A stretch of 64,000 nt of DNA from Anaerolineales bacterium (GCA_035458505.1 DATHZS010000024.1:23296-87295); one strand, 5' to 3'. Shown: positions 24,141 through 34,074, numbered from the stretch's first letter. Notes: a model not told the origin generated them from the letters alone. Program-made: numbers and translations.

Positions 24141-26552
24141 CTACTGTGTCCCATATAAGTCCCGGTAAATATCAAAAATTTCGTAGATATAGCGGATGTA
24201 ATTGCGTGTTTCAGCGAAACGGATGACCTCAACAAACAAATCCGGATCACCATTAGAGAGCTGAATCCATTTGAGGGCATTACCGGGCCCGCCGTTGTAG
24301 GCGGCCAGAGCCTGGTACAGATCCCCGCCAAATGCGTCCCGCTGACGGTCCAGGTAGTGGGCTCCGAACCGAATATTGACATATGGGCGGTACAGGTCTT
24401 GTGCTGTATAGTTTGGTGGCCATCCAATCTGTCGGGCAATCTCTTCACCGGTGGATGGGATGATCTGCATCAACCCTCGCGCTCCAGCAGTTGACATGAC
24501 AAACCCTTCAAACAGGCTTTCCTGGCGGAGAACACTGTAGAGGAACAGAGGATCAAGGCCATTTTCAGCCGCACTGATCCCCACGAGGTCTTCGTAGTAC
24601 GCGCCAAAGCGAATGTGATTGAAATAGATGGGTGCGGTAAAGGTAGTGGCATCATCCAGACCAGCCAGGTCAAGCACCTGCCTTGCGGCCAGCACAGCTG
24701 ATCGGTATAATCCCAGATCCGTGAGGTAATTTGCCAGGCGGAATGTCTTTCCCGGGTCCAGGCTAATGTCATTGCGGTAGCTTTCGAATTCCTGCCGAGC
24801 CGCTTCGTATAGTCCAAGATTCCATAGTTCTGAGCCTCGCACCATGCGTGGATCAGAGAATAGTGGGGTGACATCATTCAGATTTTCTTCTTGCGGGATA
24901 TTGAAAATGTTGTGCATCCAGGCGATGGCTTCGGCGCGCTCGAGATCCAGGTTGTAGATCAAGGTGTATTGGGCAGGGGGCGTGAATGGCGGTCGGTTTT
25001 CCAGGATGTCTTTGGCGCGCTCGCTGTAATAGCCGGTCGGATCGCTGGTGCTGGCTTGCCGCCAGGAATCTTCTGCTGCTCCGGTGTTCCCAATCATCTG
25101 GTAGCATTTACCGATCCATAAATAAGCTGCAGCCTGATTCCCGGGATTGGCAGATACCCCCAAGGAACTCTGAAATGCGCTGATGCTGTTCTGATACTCT
25201 CCCAGCCGGTAGCGGGTGATCCCAGCCTGAAACAAACCATCGAACGCCCATGAGCTGGTTGAAAATTGGGATCCCAAACGTTCCCACAGCCTGGCTGCGG
25301 TTTTCAGATCAAAATCCCGTTCAGCAAACCGGGCAGCATAATACAAATACTCGGGAGCTTTCTCGTCCAGCGGGGAACGGTCTACAAAATCCAGATAGAC
25401 CTGGATGGCAGCTTCGGGTTTTTCCTGGTACACAAACATGGCAAATGCGATTTCATCAAAAGCAGTCGCCCAATACCGTTCGTTGATGTGATCATCAATG
25501 ATCTCCTGCCATGCCTCGATGGATTTGGCATGCTCCCCCAGCTTTTGATAAGAAAGCCCGAGGTAATAGTGAGCCGTATCAGCGTGGTTGTCTGGGAACG
25601 CTCGCAAATAGCGTACAAATGCATCGACGGCGAATCCATATTGACCAACGAAGTAATTAATTAACCCGCGGTCCAGTTCGCTGACGGTTTGTTCTGCATC
25701 CAGGAGTGCAACCAGGGAGAGGTAGGCATCGTAGGCAAGCGGATAGTTTTGCACCACCTCTTGGTAGGCAAGATAGCCTTCTTCTGTATTTCCAAAACTC
25801 ACCAGAATATCGCCGATCTTTCGTTTGGCTTCGGCTTTGAGATAATCGTTGACGGTGCGGCTGTAAATATCCTCATAAGTGACCAGGGCTGTGGTCAAAT
25901 CTCCCAGATCGTAATACGAGTCTGCGATCCGAAGATTGAGATAAAAACTATCCACCGTTGAAGGCGCATCGATGGCCTGGATATAGGCATCAATCGCCAG
26001 CTGGTAGTTTTGTGTTTCCAGGTAGCTGTCACCGATCGATTCGTAGATATAACGATCGATCAAGCCGGGGCGCAGTTTGAGATATTCCTGATACGCGCTG
26101 ACAGCTTCCAACGGTTTACCCTGTGCTTCGTAGACTTGTGCCAGGGTGAAGAACATCAATGCCCGATGGGGCGAATCCGGATAGTTGAAAATCCCGTTGT
26201 TGAGGGCATCGAGGGCAGCGTCAAAGCGGCTCGACTGGAGATAGGTCCGGCCTAATCCGAGCAGGGCTGCCGATTTGATCTCATTTTCTGAGGTGCTTTC
26301 CAGGGCGATGACATATTCCTGAATTGCCAGCTCCCAGTCTCCGTAAAACAATGCCTGGTCTCCGGTGTGAATGCGGGCTCCCGGTATGGGGGTGGGAATT
26401 GGGGTAGGGGTGGGAATTGGGGTAGGTGTTGGGGGAACCAAGGCTGTTTCGGTTGGTTGCGGTTGGTCTGGATTGAGCACCCGATTCAGACTGCAGCCAA
26501 GGGTGGAAAGCAGGAGAAAGATTAATAATAGGGAGATCCGTTTGGTCTTCAT
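24141..26552 (-). CDS. Lipoprotein with a long TPR array and a C-terminal soluble lytic transglycosylase (SLT) domain
   Basis: 803 aa. Lipobox LLSTLGCS, Pro/Thr/Ile linker PTPTPIPTPTPIPTPIP, many TPR-like repeats, and SLT catalytic region LRQESLFEG..AGARGLMQIIPSTG. Confidence 0.88.
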   Translation of the reverse strand: MKTKRISLLLIFLLLSTLGCSLNRVLNPDQPQPTETALVPPTPTPIPTPTPIPTPIPGARIHTGDQALFYGDWELAIQEYVIALESTSENEIKSAALLGLGRTYLQSSRFDAALDALNNGIFNYPDSPHRALMFFTLAQVYEAQGKPLEAVSAYQEYLKLRPGLIDRYIYESIGDSYLETQNYQLAIDAYIQAIDAPSTVDSFYLNLRIADSYYDLGDLTTALVTYEDIYSRTVNDYLKAEAKRKIGDILVSFGNTEEGYLAYQEVVQNYPLAYDAYLSLVALLDAEQTVSELDRGLINYFVGQYGFAVDAFVRYLRAFPDNHADTAHYYLGLSYQKLGEHAKSIEAWQEIIDDHINERYWATAFDEIAFAMFVYQEKPEAAIQVYLDFVDRSPLDEKAPEYLYYAARFAERDFDLKTAARLWERLGSQFSTSSWAFDGLFQAGITRYRLGEYQNSISAFQSSLGVSANPGNQAAAYLWIGKCYQMIGNTGAAEDSWRQASTSDPTGYYSERAKDILENRPPFTPPAQYTLIYNLDLERAEAIAWMHNIFNIPQEENLNDVTPLFSDPRMVRGSELWNLGLYEAARQEFESYRNDISLDPGKTFRLANYLTDLGLYRSAVLAARQVLDLAGLDDATTFTAPIYFNHIRFGAYYEDLVGISAAENGLDPLFLYSVLRQESLFEGFVMSTAGARGLMQIIPSTGEEIARQIGWPPNYTAQDLYRPYVNIRFGAHYLDRQRDAFGGDLYQALAAYNGGPGNALKWIQLSNGDPDLFVEVIRFAETRNYIRYIYEIFDIYRDLYGTQ

Positions 26553-26721
26553 ATTCAGGCACTATAACGCGGGAAGATGGGGGTGTCAATACGCACTTCT
26601 TCCTGCTGGGATGGGGTATTCGAAGGAATTTGAGAGGGATGTTTGCATTTTGATTTGGTCTGCGCAATGAAAGAAAATCATGTATAGTGGGAATACTGAT
26701 CAAACTGTGGAGACACAACGG

Positions 26722-27420
26722 ATGAAAGAAGAAAGACTCAGCTACAGGATCATGGATTTGGACGAATCTGAGCGCCCCCGGGAGCGGCTGGCTCGCCTGG
26801 GTCCGTCTGCACTGACCAACGCTGAACTGATTGCGATTTTGCTGCGAGTAGGTGTTGAGGGTGAGAATGCGGTGCAGGTTGGGCAGCGCTTGCTGCAAAC
26901 CTTTGGCGGGATCAGGGGTCTGCACAAGGCTGATTTCTCTGAGGTTGTCCGTCAGCGCGGGGTAGGCAAGGCAAAGGTCGCAACGATCAAAGCAGCGATT
27001 GAATTGGGCAGGCGGTTGACCTTAGAATCCCCCGAAGAGCGGCCTTCGATCAACAGCCCGCAGGATGCTGCAAGTCTGGTTCAATTTGAAATGCAAGCCC
27101 TCGAAAAAGAACATCTGAGAGTGATCTTGCTCGATACCCGCAATCATGTGATCGAGGTGGCCGAGGTTTATCGAGGAACTCTGAATTCCTCTGTTGTGCG
27201 GGTTGGAGAGGTGTTTACCCCAGCGGTAAGGCGCAACGCGGCGAGTGTTTTGGTGGTTCACAATCATCCCAGCGGTGATCCATCACCAAGCCCGGAAGAT
27301 ATACGGATCACAAAAGAAATGGTGAGTGCAGGAAAATTGCTGCAGATTGAAGTTCTCGACCACCTTATTATTGGGCAGGGAAAATATGTTTCGCTCAAGG
27401 AACGTGGTCTGGGATTTTGA
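26722..27420 (+). CDS. radC: RadC-family JAB/MPN-domain protein
   Basis: I preferred the ATG at 26722 (MKEERLSYRIMDLDESERPRERL..), a typical RadC N-terminus; the track start is 26680. JAMM motif HNHPSGDPSPSPED. Confidence 0.88.
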   Translation: MKEERLSYRIMDLDESERPRERLARLGPSALTNAELIAILLRVGVEGENAVQVGQRLLQTFGGIRGLHKADFSEVVRQRGVGKAKVATIKAAIELGRRLTLESPEERPSINSPQDAASLVQFEMQALEKEHLRVILLDTRNHVIEVAEVYRGTLNSSVVRVGEVFTPAVRRNAASVLVVHNHPSGDPSPSPEDIRITKEMVSAGKLLQIEVLDHLIIGQGKYVSLKERGLGF

Positions 27421-27432
27421 TCTTTTGGAGTG

Positions 27433-29121
27433 ATGATGGCTGAAAATCAGATTGTACTGCTTCCGAGAATCGATTATTACAAATGGGTCAGATCTGTTCA
27501 ACAGTACGCGCTCCATTTTGGAGTTGGCATCACCCAGGACCCTGCGAAGGTGGCTGGCTTTTCGATCGTGACGGTGGTGATTGGGAGAAACAGCTACCCC
27601 CACGAAGGAGATATTGTTGAATGGCTCAAGGTGCGCTATTCTGGGGTTAATATCGACCCGATTGTGGTGGAGTCTGCGGAGGCATTATCCAAGCTGCTCG
27701 ACACCCGGATTGAAAAAGGGCAGCAGTATGGGAAACTGGTCGGCGAAAAAACCGGACCTGATCCTCTTCCCCGGTATCCAAAAAATCGACTTTACCTGTT
27801 TTGGCCAACTGATTATCCCACTCTACTGCAGCCGTTTGGTGCAAACCCTGAGATCTACAGCCAATATGGGCTGCCTGGCCATGAAGGTGTGGATATCCGG
27901 GCTCCTCTTGGGGCGAATGTGTATGCGTGCGCAGCGGGGGAAGTGGCCTTCGTCAGCGAAGATCCAGCCGCGCCTAAATACGGAAAGCATATTCGAATTG
28001 TGCATGCAGGCGGGTACCAAACGATTTATGCTCATTTGGAGCGAATCCTGGTGAGCAAAGGCGATCGGGTCAAGCCGAGGCAGTTGATTGCCCGGGCAGA
28101 TTCCACTCGAAATGCTTCCAGCCACCATTTGCACCTAACCCTGACCAAAGATCAGGCCACCGCGAGAGGGGAGACGGATTATCCTGGGGATATCATCGAC
28201 CCAACACCATTTCTCGTCTACCCACACCAGCAACCTGATGTGCTTGAAGCAATGGGAATGAATGGCGGGGAACCAGTTCAGAGGTATCCATGGGCGCGTC
28301 CTTGTCTGGTTGGATTGGCTTCCAGGTGGGGTGGGTCGATGCAGGAAGTGGATTATTCAGTGATTGACAAGGCGCGCATTGAAGCGGTCAGGATCCATGC
28401 AAAAACGACCTCGAATACGTTGATCCGAATGCAAGAACTGTTTCCGGAAATATTTTTCCTTGCACGCATGACGATTGAAGATGGCTCCAAACCGCTCTCG
28501 CCGAGAAAATGGCTGGAAGGGATGCGGCTGGATATTGAACGATTATATAAGCACGGAGTGCGCTATTTTGAGATTCAGCAGTCTCCTAATTTGCTGCAAT
28601 TTGGGTGGCGTACTACCTGGTCTTCCGGAGAACAATTCGCTGCCTGGTGGCTGGCAGTCGCGGAGAAACTTTGGGTGGAATTTTCCGGGATCAAGTTAGG
28701 GTTCCCGGGTGTATCACCTGGGGGACAAGTCCCCGGTTTGCGGATGGATTCGACCGTTTTCCTGGATGGTGCCGATCCAGCCATGGTCAAAGCCGATTGG
28801 ATCGGGGTCAATGGCTATTGGGTGAATGAGGTTGAGCGGGTATCGAAAGACAAAGGCCGTTTTTATCAGAAAATGCGCGAACGATTTCCTGAAAAGCTGT
28901 TGTTTATCATGGAGTTTGGCAACCTGAACAGGCATACTCACCCAACGCAAAAAGGACTGGAATATGTCCGATTTTTCCAGGAACTGCGCGACACCCCAGG
29001 CTTGGGGGCCGCATTTGCTCAGGTGGTTTCTTCGGCACGGGGGTATGAGTCTTTGGCTTGGCGAAGCGAAGCGGGAGAATTATCTCAAATTGTGGAATTT
29101 GTTGGCGCGCGGCAGTTTTAG
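27433..29121 (+). CDS. Cytoplasm-predicted M23 metallopeptidase fused to a C-terminal TIM-barrel glycosidase-like (clan GH-A-like) domain
   Basis: ~562 aa. Possible starts are GTG 27430 and ATG 27433 or 27436, with GGAG at 27427-27430. M23 motifs HEGVD and SHHLHL. The C-terminal half has YFEIQQSPNL and FIMEFG, which resemble the NEP and TEFG strands of clan GH-A enzymes. No signal peptide seen. Confidence 0.8.
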   Translation: MMAENQIVLLPRIDYYKWVRSVQQYALHFGVGITQDPAKVAGFSIVTVVIGRNSYPHEGDIVEWLKVRYSGVNIDPIVVESAEALSKLLDTRIEKGQQYGKLVGEKTGPDPLPRYPKNRLYLFWPTDYPTLLQPFGANPEIYSQYGLPGHEGVDIRAPLGANVYACAAGEVAFVSEDPAAPKYGKHIRIVHAGGYQTIYAHLERILVSKGDRVKPRQLIARADSTRNASSHHLHLTLTKDQATARGETDYPGDIIDPTPFLVYPHQQPDVLEAMGMNGGEPVQRYPWARPCLVGLASRWGGSMQEVDYSVIDKARIEAVRIHAKTTSNTLIRMQELFPEIFFLARMTIEDGSKPLSPRKWLEGMRLDIERLYKHGVRYFEIQQSPNLLQFGWRTTWSSGEQFAAWWLAVAEKLWVEFSGIKLGFPGVSPGGQVPGLRMDSTVFLDGADPAMVKADWIGVNGYWVNEVERVSKDKGRFYQKMRERFPEKLLFIMEFGNLNRHTHPTQKGLEYVRFFQELRDTPGLGAAFAQVVSSARGYESLAWRSEAGELSQIVEFVGARQF

Positions 29122-29186
29122 CGGGGATAAAGCTTTGAAGCAGTATTGATCTCAATAACGCGTATCAGGCCAAATTTACAAGCCGA

Positions 29187-29480
29187 CTATCCGGTCATTC
29201 GAACCTTAAATTGAACGAATTCCATCGTTCCAGGCTCCCAATCAGCATCGACCTGGCTAACATTGGATGGACCGGGTCCGCGATGAAGGTCTCGAAGATA
29301 TTGCTCCAGCTGGGAGCGTTCACCTTCAGCAATTGTCTCCACGGTTCCGTTAAAACGGTTCCGCACCCAGCCAGTCAGCCCGATCTGCCTGGCACTGCGG
29401 GCCGCAAAGGCACGGTAGCCAACACCCTGAACACGACCGTGAACAACGGCATGCAGTCTGTGTTGTGTCTGTGTACTCAT
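29187..29480 (-). CDS. acyP: Acylphosphatase
   Basis: 97 aa. VHGRVQGVGYR..GWVRN..GTVE signature. Confidence 0.92.
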   Translation of the reverse strand: MSTQTQHRLHAVVHGRVQGVGYRAFAARSARQIGLTGWVRNRFNGTVETIAEGERSQLEQYLRDLHRGPGPSNVSQVDADWEPGTMEFVQFKVRMTG

Positions 29481-29493
29481 GATCCACTCCTGA

Positions 29494-30693
29494 CTAACTT
29501 CTTTTCCGGGAACTGAACAGGATCAGGCCCAATGGGGTGGCGAACAGCAGCAGCAGCAGGATCACCCAGGTGAGGGCAGTGTTGAGCGATTGGGGCAGGA
29601 TTGAGCTGTTGAAGGTCTCCTGATACCAGTCTTTTTCTAAAGCCTCTAAATCGAGGTCAAAGGCTTCCTGGATTCCGCTTTCGCAGGAGTAGCCTTGTTT
29701 GTAGGCATCCAGCAAATCTTCTAAACCAATTTCGCCATATTCATTGTACAGGAAACGAATGAAAGAGTCTGCCTGGGCATATGCCAGGCCGGCACGCTCC
29801 TCGTTAGCGGGGAAGCTGCGGCACAATTGGCTGAAGGGGATCATGTCGTTATTCCGCCAGGCCGCCTGGAGCATGTCCCAATATTCCGGAAGGGTAGACA
29901 ACTCGGATAACGAAGCCAATCCTTCGTCGTACCAGGCTGGCAGGTTAGCATAATTCTCTCCCATTTTCATATAGAGGCGGACATGGGTCAGTTCATGAGG
30001 AATCTGCCGTTGAATTGCCAGGCTTTTTTCATAGCTGTTGGGAATCGAGACCATGATGATGTTTTCAGCAGGATTGGTATGGCCTGCAACCCAACGCGCA
30101 TTGGTAAGTTCCAGGGCAGATTGGAGGCGTGAAGGTGTATCGTAAACATACACCCTGAGTGAGTCTGGCGATGGCAGGTTGATCAATTGGTTTTGATCAA
30201 GGGATTGAAGTAAAACATCTTCTATCTCTTGCCCAAATGCCAGGTCGCCATCAATCCAATAAACTTCATATGGTCCATTTGTGCCTAATGTCTGCCAGTC
30301 ATAGCGGTTATCCATGTAAATGAAGCTTTCGGTGTCGCTTTGGGTGACTGTGCCGTTCTCAAGTGTGAGGATAAACCAATATTCAATGGTAGAAAAAGCA
30401 GCAATCGAGTCTTGCGGTCGAATACTGTAGGCTGCCTGAATGGATGAAAATCCATCGAATTCAGCGGGTACGACCGTGCTTTTCCCGGTTGACAGGACCT
30501 TGAACACCAGGTCGATGGAGTCGAAATCGGTTCCCGTTTCTATTTCCGCTGAGAAGGTCATCGAGACTCCAAATTCAGCCTCGGCTTGCAACTCACTTAA
30601 CCAGGAGGATGACTGAGCTGAACCTGTTCCGGCTAATGAAAAAGATACCGCGAGCAAGGCCAAGGCCCAGAGGATGGATTTCCCTAGTTTCAT
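29494..30693 (-). CDS. Secreted, C-terminally anchored HExxH zinc metalloprotease-like protein (peptidase MA-like)
   Basis: 399 aa. Signal peptide, HELTH motif (IPHELTHVRLY), and a C-terminal hydrophobic helix WVILLLLLFATPLGLILF. Confidence 0.65.
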   Translation of the reverse strand: MKLGKSILWALALLAVSFSLAGTGSAQSSSWLSELQAEAEFGVSMTFSAEIETGTDFDSIDLVFKVLSTGKSTVVPAEFDGFSSIQAAYSIRPQDSIAAFSTIEYWFILTLENGTVTQSDTESFIYMDNRYDWQTLGTNGPYEVYWIDGDLAFGQEIEDVLLQSLDQNQLINLPSPDSLRVYVYDTPSRLQSALELTNARWVAGHTNPAENIIMVSIPNSYEKSLAIQRQIPHELTHVRLYMKMGENYANLPAWYDEGLASLSELSTLPEYWDMLQAAWRNNDMIPFSQLCRSFPANEERAGLAYAQADSFIRFLYNEYGEIGLEDLLDAYKQGYSCESGIQEAFDLDLEALEKDWYQETFNSSILPQSLNTALTWVILLLLLFATPLGLILFSSRKRS

Positions 30694-30696
30694 TGC

Positions 30697-31611
30697 CTAT
30701 GCCCCTCCAATCAGGGCCAGAAGTGGGGTTAGTGTCAATGGGCTTAGAATGGTTGTAGCGGTCACAATGGTGGATACCAACGCGGGGACGACATCAAATT
30801 CAGTTGCCAGGATGGTTGTCATGACTGCAGTAGGCATGGATGATTCCATCACGCCTGCCTGGAAAGCCGGCCCCTCAAGGTTGAAGGGTACGCTGAAGGC
30901 CAGTGCTACAATCGGCCCCACCACCATGCGGACAGTGGTGGCCATCGCCAGTGCGCCTCTGTTCTCGCGCAGATTGGCTTCGCCCAGCTGCATCCCGAGC
31001 AATAACAGCATGGAAGGAATCGCAGCCCCTCCCAGCAGTTCAACAGAGCGGTCCACGGGAGTGGGGAGGGTTAACTGATAAATATTGAAAATGATGGCTA
31101 TGATGACCGCGTAAAGGGTCGGTAATTTTAGCAGGTTGATCAAGGAATCCTTGAAAGAGGCCCTTCCCATGGAAGCAATCGCGACACCAATCGTATACAC
31201 CATGATGCTGGAGCAAACAAAGTAGATGCTGGCATAAGCCAGGGCGGCTTCTCCGAAGGCGAACTTGGTCAGTGAAAGGCCAAAATTACCCGCATTGGTG
31301 ATAAATGTTGTCAGGATGATGGCAATGGTGACCTTTTTATCAAACCCAACCAGCTTGGACAGCAGGAAAGCAAGAGCTCCCACAGTCAGGTTTGATGCAA
31401 AGGCAAACCCAACTATGATAAAAACATCATTTGAATTCAGGCTGCTGGCGGAGAGGATCTGGAAGACCAGAGCCGGGCTGAATAAATAGAACGTGATCCT
31501 GGACACGGTTTTGGGGTCCAGTTTCAGGGTTTTGTTGACCAGGAATCCCAGTCCAGCAGTGATGAGGATGGGCAGCAAGTTGGCACTGAACAATTGGAAC
31601 AAATTTGTCAC
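30697..31611 (-). CDS. AEC (auxin efflux carrier) family transporter
   Basis: Polytopic membrane protein. I preferred the GTG at 31611 (VTNLFQLFSANLLPILITAGLGF..), immediately after the upstream stop. The track ATG at 31632 would overlap the upstream gene. Confidence 0.85.
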   Translation of the reverse strand: MTNLFQLFSANLLPILITAGLGFLVNKTLKLDPKTVSRITFYLFSPALVFQILSASSLNSNDVFIIVGFAFASNLTVGALAFLLSKLVGFDKKVTIAIILTTFITNAGNFGLSLTKFAFGEAALAYASIYFVCSSIMVYTIGVAIASMGRASFKDSLINLLKLPTLYAVIIAIIFNIYQLTLPTPVDRSVELLGGAAIPSMLLLLGMQLGEANLRENRGALAMATTVRMVVGPIVALAFSVPFNLEGPAFQAGVMESSMPTAVMTTILATEFDVVPALVSTIVTATTILSPLTLTPLLALIGGA

Positions 31612-31613
31612 GC

Positions 31614-32633
31614 TTAATCTTCCTCGTCCCAATCATCCTCATCGTTCAACTCATCAGGGTCTTCACCTTTGATGTCAAACATCTCAAAATCGATGTTCAG
31701 TTCGTTGAAATCCAGGTTTTCTAGCGCATCTTCAAGGAAATCGACTTCATTTTCATCCTGAGATTTTTTGAGCAAGCCTTCCAGTGCAGCGCGTGAATCT
31801 AACCCGCCTACCTCCGATAATGCCCAAATCGCGGCGAGCCGGACATCTTCTTCCGGGTCGTCAATTCGCTGGAGTAAATGGGGTACCGATTCCTGGGCTC
31901 CGAGCAGACCGGCAGATTGAGCGGCCTCAATCCGGACCTGTGCTTCTTCATGGGATAAATTTTCAATAATCTGAGGGATCCACTGCGTATTTGCAGACCG
32001 GCCCATCGCGATCAAAGCGCTGATGGTCCAATCCTCTCGTTGCTTGTTGTGGGCTGATTCAATTAGCTCAGTCACTTTTGGATTGCTCGAAAAGCCAAGC
32101 GATTCAAGCGCCCGGCGGCGAACGCTCTCTGGCTTATTGCTGGAAAGGATGTCGATCAAGTGTTGGGTCATGCGATTGGAAATGGTTTGATCGATTTCCT
32201 CCAGTTCACCGAGATAAATAAATTTGCCAAATCCGCTGGCTGCCTGTGCGCAGACCTCCGGATTTGGATCATTTTGAAGAATGTGGATCAGTTTGAGGCC
32301 AACTGCGGGTTCCTCGTTTTCCCATAATCCCCGGATCGCAGTTTGCTTCACCTGTGGATTCTCGTCGTCCAATCCGAGTTTGAAAACCTCGTCAAACTCC
32401 ATCAGGAAAGAACCGTCTGTCAGTGATTCTATATCCTCAAGCAAGCGCTGGCGGCGAAGGGGAGAGACCTGGGGCCAGGTTTCTACGAGCTGCTCTAATT
32501 CCACACCTTCCAATCCGGACATTCGTGAGAGGTATTTGGCTGGAAACGAAAGAGAGGCATCCAGCAAGGCATCGATCACCTCATTGAAGTCAATCTGTTC
32601 TTCAAATTCGTCCTCGTAATATTCTTCTTCCAT
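31614..32633 (-). CDS. HEAT-repeat protein with extremely acidic termini
   Basis: 339 aa. Repeated helical HEAT-like units (..D.N..VR..A...L..). N- and C-termini are runs of D/E. Confidence 0.7.
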   Translation of the reverse strand: MEEEYYEDEFEEQIDFNEVIDALLDASLSFPAKYLSRMSGLEGVELEQLVETWPQVSPLRRQRLLEDIESLTDGSFLMEFDEVFKLGLDDENPQVKQTAIRGLWENEEPAVGLKLIHILQNDPNPEVCAQAASGFGKFIYLGELEEIDQTISNRMTQHLIDILSSNKPESVRRRALESLGFSSNPKVTELIESAHNKQREDWTISALIAMGRSANTQWIPQIIENLSHEEAQVRIEAAQSAGLLGAQESVPHLLQRIDDPEEDVRLAAIWALSEVGGLDSRAALEGLLKKSQDENEVDFLEDALENLDFNELNIDFEMFDIKGEDPDELNDEDDWDEED

Positions 32634-32649
32634 TTCAGAAGTAAGCCTC

Positions 32650-33687
32650 CTACGGCGTTGGTGTGAGGTCGGTAAAGTCGATTGACGGGTTCACAAAGTC
32701 CTGCACATTGACATACACCATCAGCAAGAGCACCAGTCCCAGGCTGACAAGGTTGAGCATGTAGTACAAATTTAGAGGGACGCGCTTTTTGAATAAAAGT
32801 TCAGGGAGAGCGAGCAGGATTTTTCCGCCATCAAAAAGTGGGATGGGCAGCAGGTTGATCAGGCCGAGTGAAAATGAGATGGAGGCGATGAACCAGATTG
32901 TGTTGGTCCCGGCAGCAATGCTGGTTTCAGAGGCATCCATATCCTGTGCCAGTTGGAAGCCATCGAACATTCCTTTCAGTCCCACCAGACGGAAAGGAAT
33001 GCTGGTGATCTGCTGGACTTGAAAGACAAGGAAATTAACACTCTCTGCCACTGCTCCGGGGAAGTTAAGTGGAGTGAAAAGTCCCACTCCAATCGGTCCC
33101 TCATTGAGCGCATTGTATTCGGTCCGCGGGGTGATTGTGACCGTGTTTGTCTGCTCACCGCGCAGGTAAGTGAGTTCGATTGGGCCCCCATTTTTCTCGC
33201 TGATCGCGAGCTGGAGTTCATCAATACTCTCGATCTCAATTCCGTCAATTGCTGTGATTAAGTCCTCAGACAGGAGGCCGGCGGCTTCTGCGGGTGAGTC
33301 TGGATCGACTCTTGTGATCAGGACATGATCGAGTTTGTTGCCGATCTGGTAGTAGGCAAAGGATAGCAGCAGCACAGCGGCCACAAGGTTGGTGATTGAG
33401 CCAGCCAGGAGCATGAAAATTCGCTTCCAGGGAGCCGCGGCCATTAATTCGTCCGGGATTTGTTCGTCTCCTTCCCGTTCTCTTGGCCGGACAAAACCAC
33501 CAAATGGAAGCCAGTTAAGTGTGAACTCGGTTTCACCGGATCTGAATAAGGTGATGATCCGGGGAGGGAACCCAATTCCGAATTCCTGAATTGGAATCCC
33601 AACAATTTTTGCCGCGATAAAATGTCCTAATTCATGGATCAGGATCAGGAAGGCGAGGGCAAATATAAAATAAAGGGTTGTTAGCAT
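32650..33687 (-). CDS. rseP: Site-2 (RIP) zinc metalloprotease RseP
   Basis: 345 aa. HELGHF in the first TM helix, a central PDZ-like segment, and a C-terminal LINLLPIPLFDGG motif. Confidence 0.9.
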   Translation of the reverse strand: MLTTLYFIFALAFLILIHELGHFIAAKIVGIPIQEFGIGFPPRIITLFRSGETEFTLNWLPFGGFVRPREREGDEQIPDELMAAAPWKRIFMLLAGSITNLVAAVLLLSFAYYQIGNKLDHVLITRVDPDSPAEAAGLLSEDLITAIDGIEIESIDELQLAISEKNGGPIELTYLRGEQTNTVTITPRTEYNALNEGPIGVGLFTPLNFPGAVAESVNFLVFQVQQITSIPFRLVGLKGMFDGFQLAQDMDASETSIAAGTNTIWFIASISFSLGLINLLPIPLFDGGKILLALPELLFKKRVPLNLYYMLNLVSLGLVLLLMVYVNVQDFVNPSIDFTDLTPTP

Positions 33688-33978
33688 GAAAATCTCCGAA
33701 ATTTTTACCGGTAATTTATTGAAATCATAATATTAGCAACGATGAACATTAGGGTTTCCATTATGTTCGTATTGGTCAAAATGACAATTGACCACCAGTG
33801 ATTATAACCTGTTCTGAAGCGGTCGGCATAGTTAAATTCACCTTATTCTTCATTCGTTCGTTCAGGATGAAAACGCTCATCGTATAGATTTCAGGAAGGA
33901 AGTTTACCATTGATTTGTTCAACGAACACAATTAGCATTGAACGGATAGAAAATATCCAAAATTGTATGGGTGGTTGT

Positions 33979-34008
33979 TTTGACAACTCATCCCCCGCAT
34001 GATACACT
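33979..34008 (+). promoter_or_regulatory. Candidate promoter for the pfkB-like/ahcY pair
   Basis: TTGACA (33979-33984), an 18-nt spacer, then TACACT (34003-34008), about 65 nt upstream of the ATG at 34075. Confidence 0.4.
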
Positions 34009-34074
34009 TGTTCGGCAATTTACCATGGCGCACTCATTCCGAGGGCGTCATTTGTGTGTGGAAATGGAATATTC

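Noticed and set aside
26385-26435. Short tandem DNA repeat (gggtgggaattggggtag x2), initially considered as a possible CRISPR or satellite
   Set aside because: It lies inside the SLT-lipoprotein gene and encodes the PTPTPIPTPTPIPTPIP linker after the lipobox. It is coding low complexity, with only two units and no spacers.
26281-26925. 214-aa minus-strand ORF spanning the SLT-lipoprotein N-terminus, the intergenic region and the radC 5' end
   Set aside because: It overlaps two well-supported genes in other frames or strands. The translation is Pro/His/Ser-rich low complexity.
33688-34074. Looked for an SAH or SAM riboswitch upstream of the pfkB-like/ahcY pair
   Set aside because: I could not recognise the conserved SAH-riboswitch core or any GC-rich pseudoknot-forming segments. 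The region is AT-rich. An Infernal scan would be decisive.
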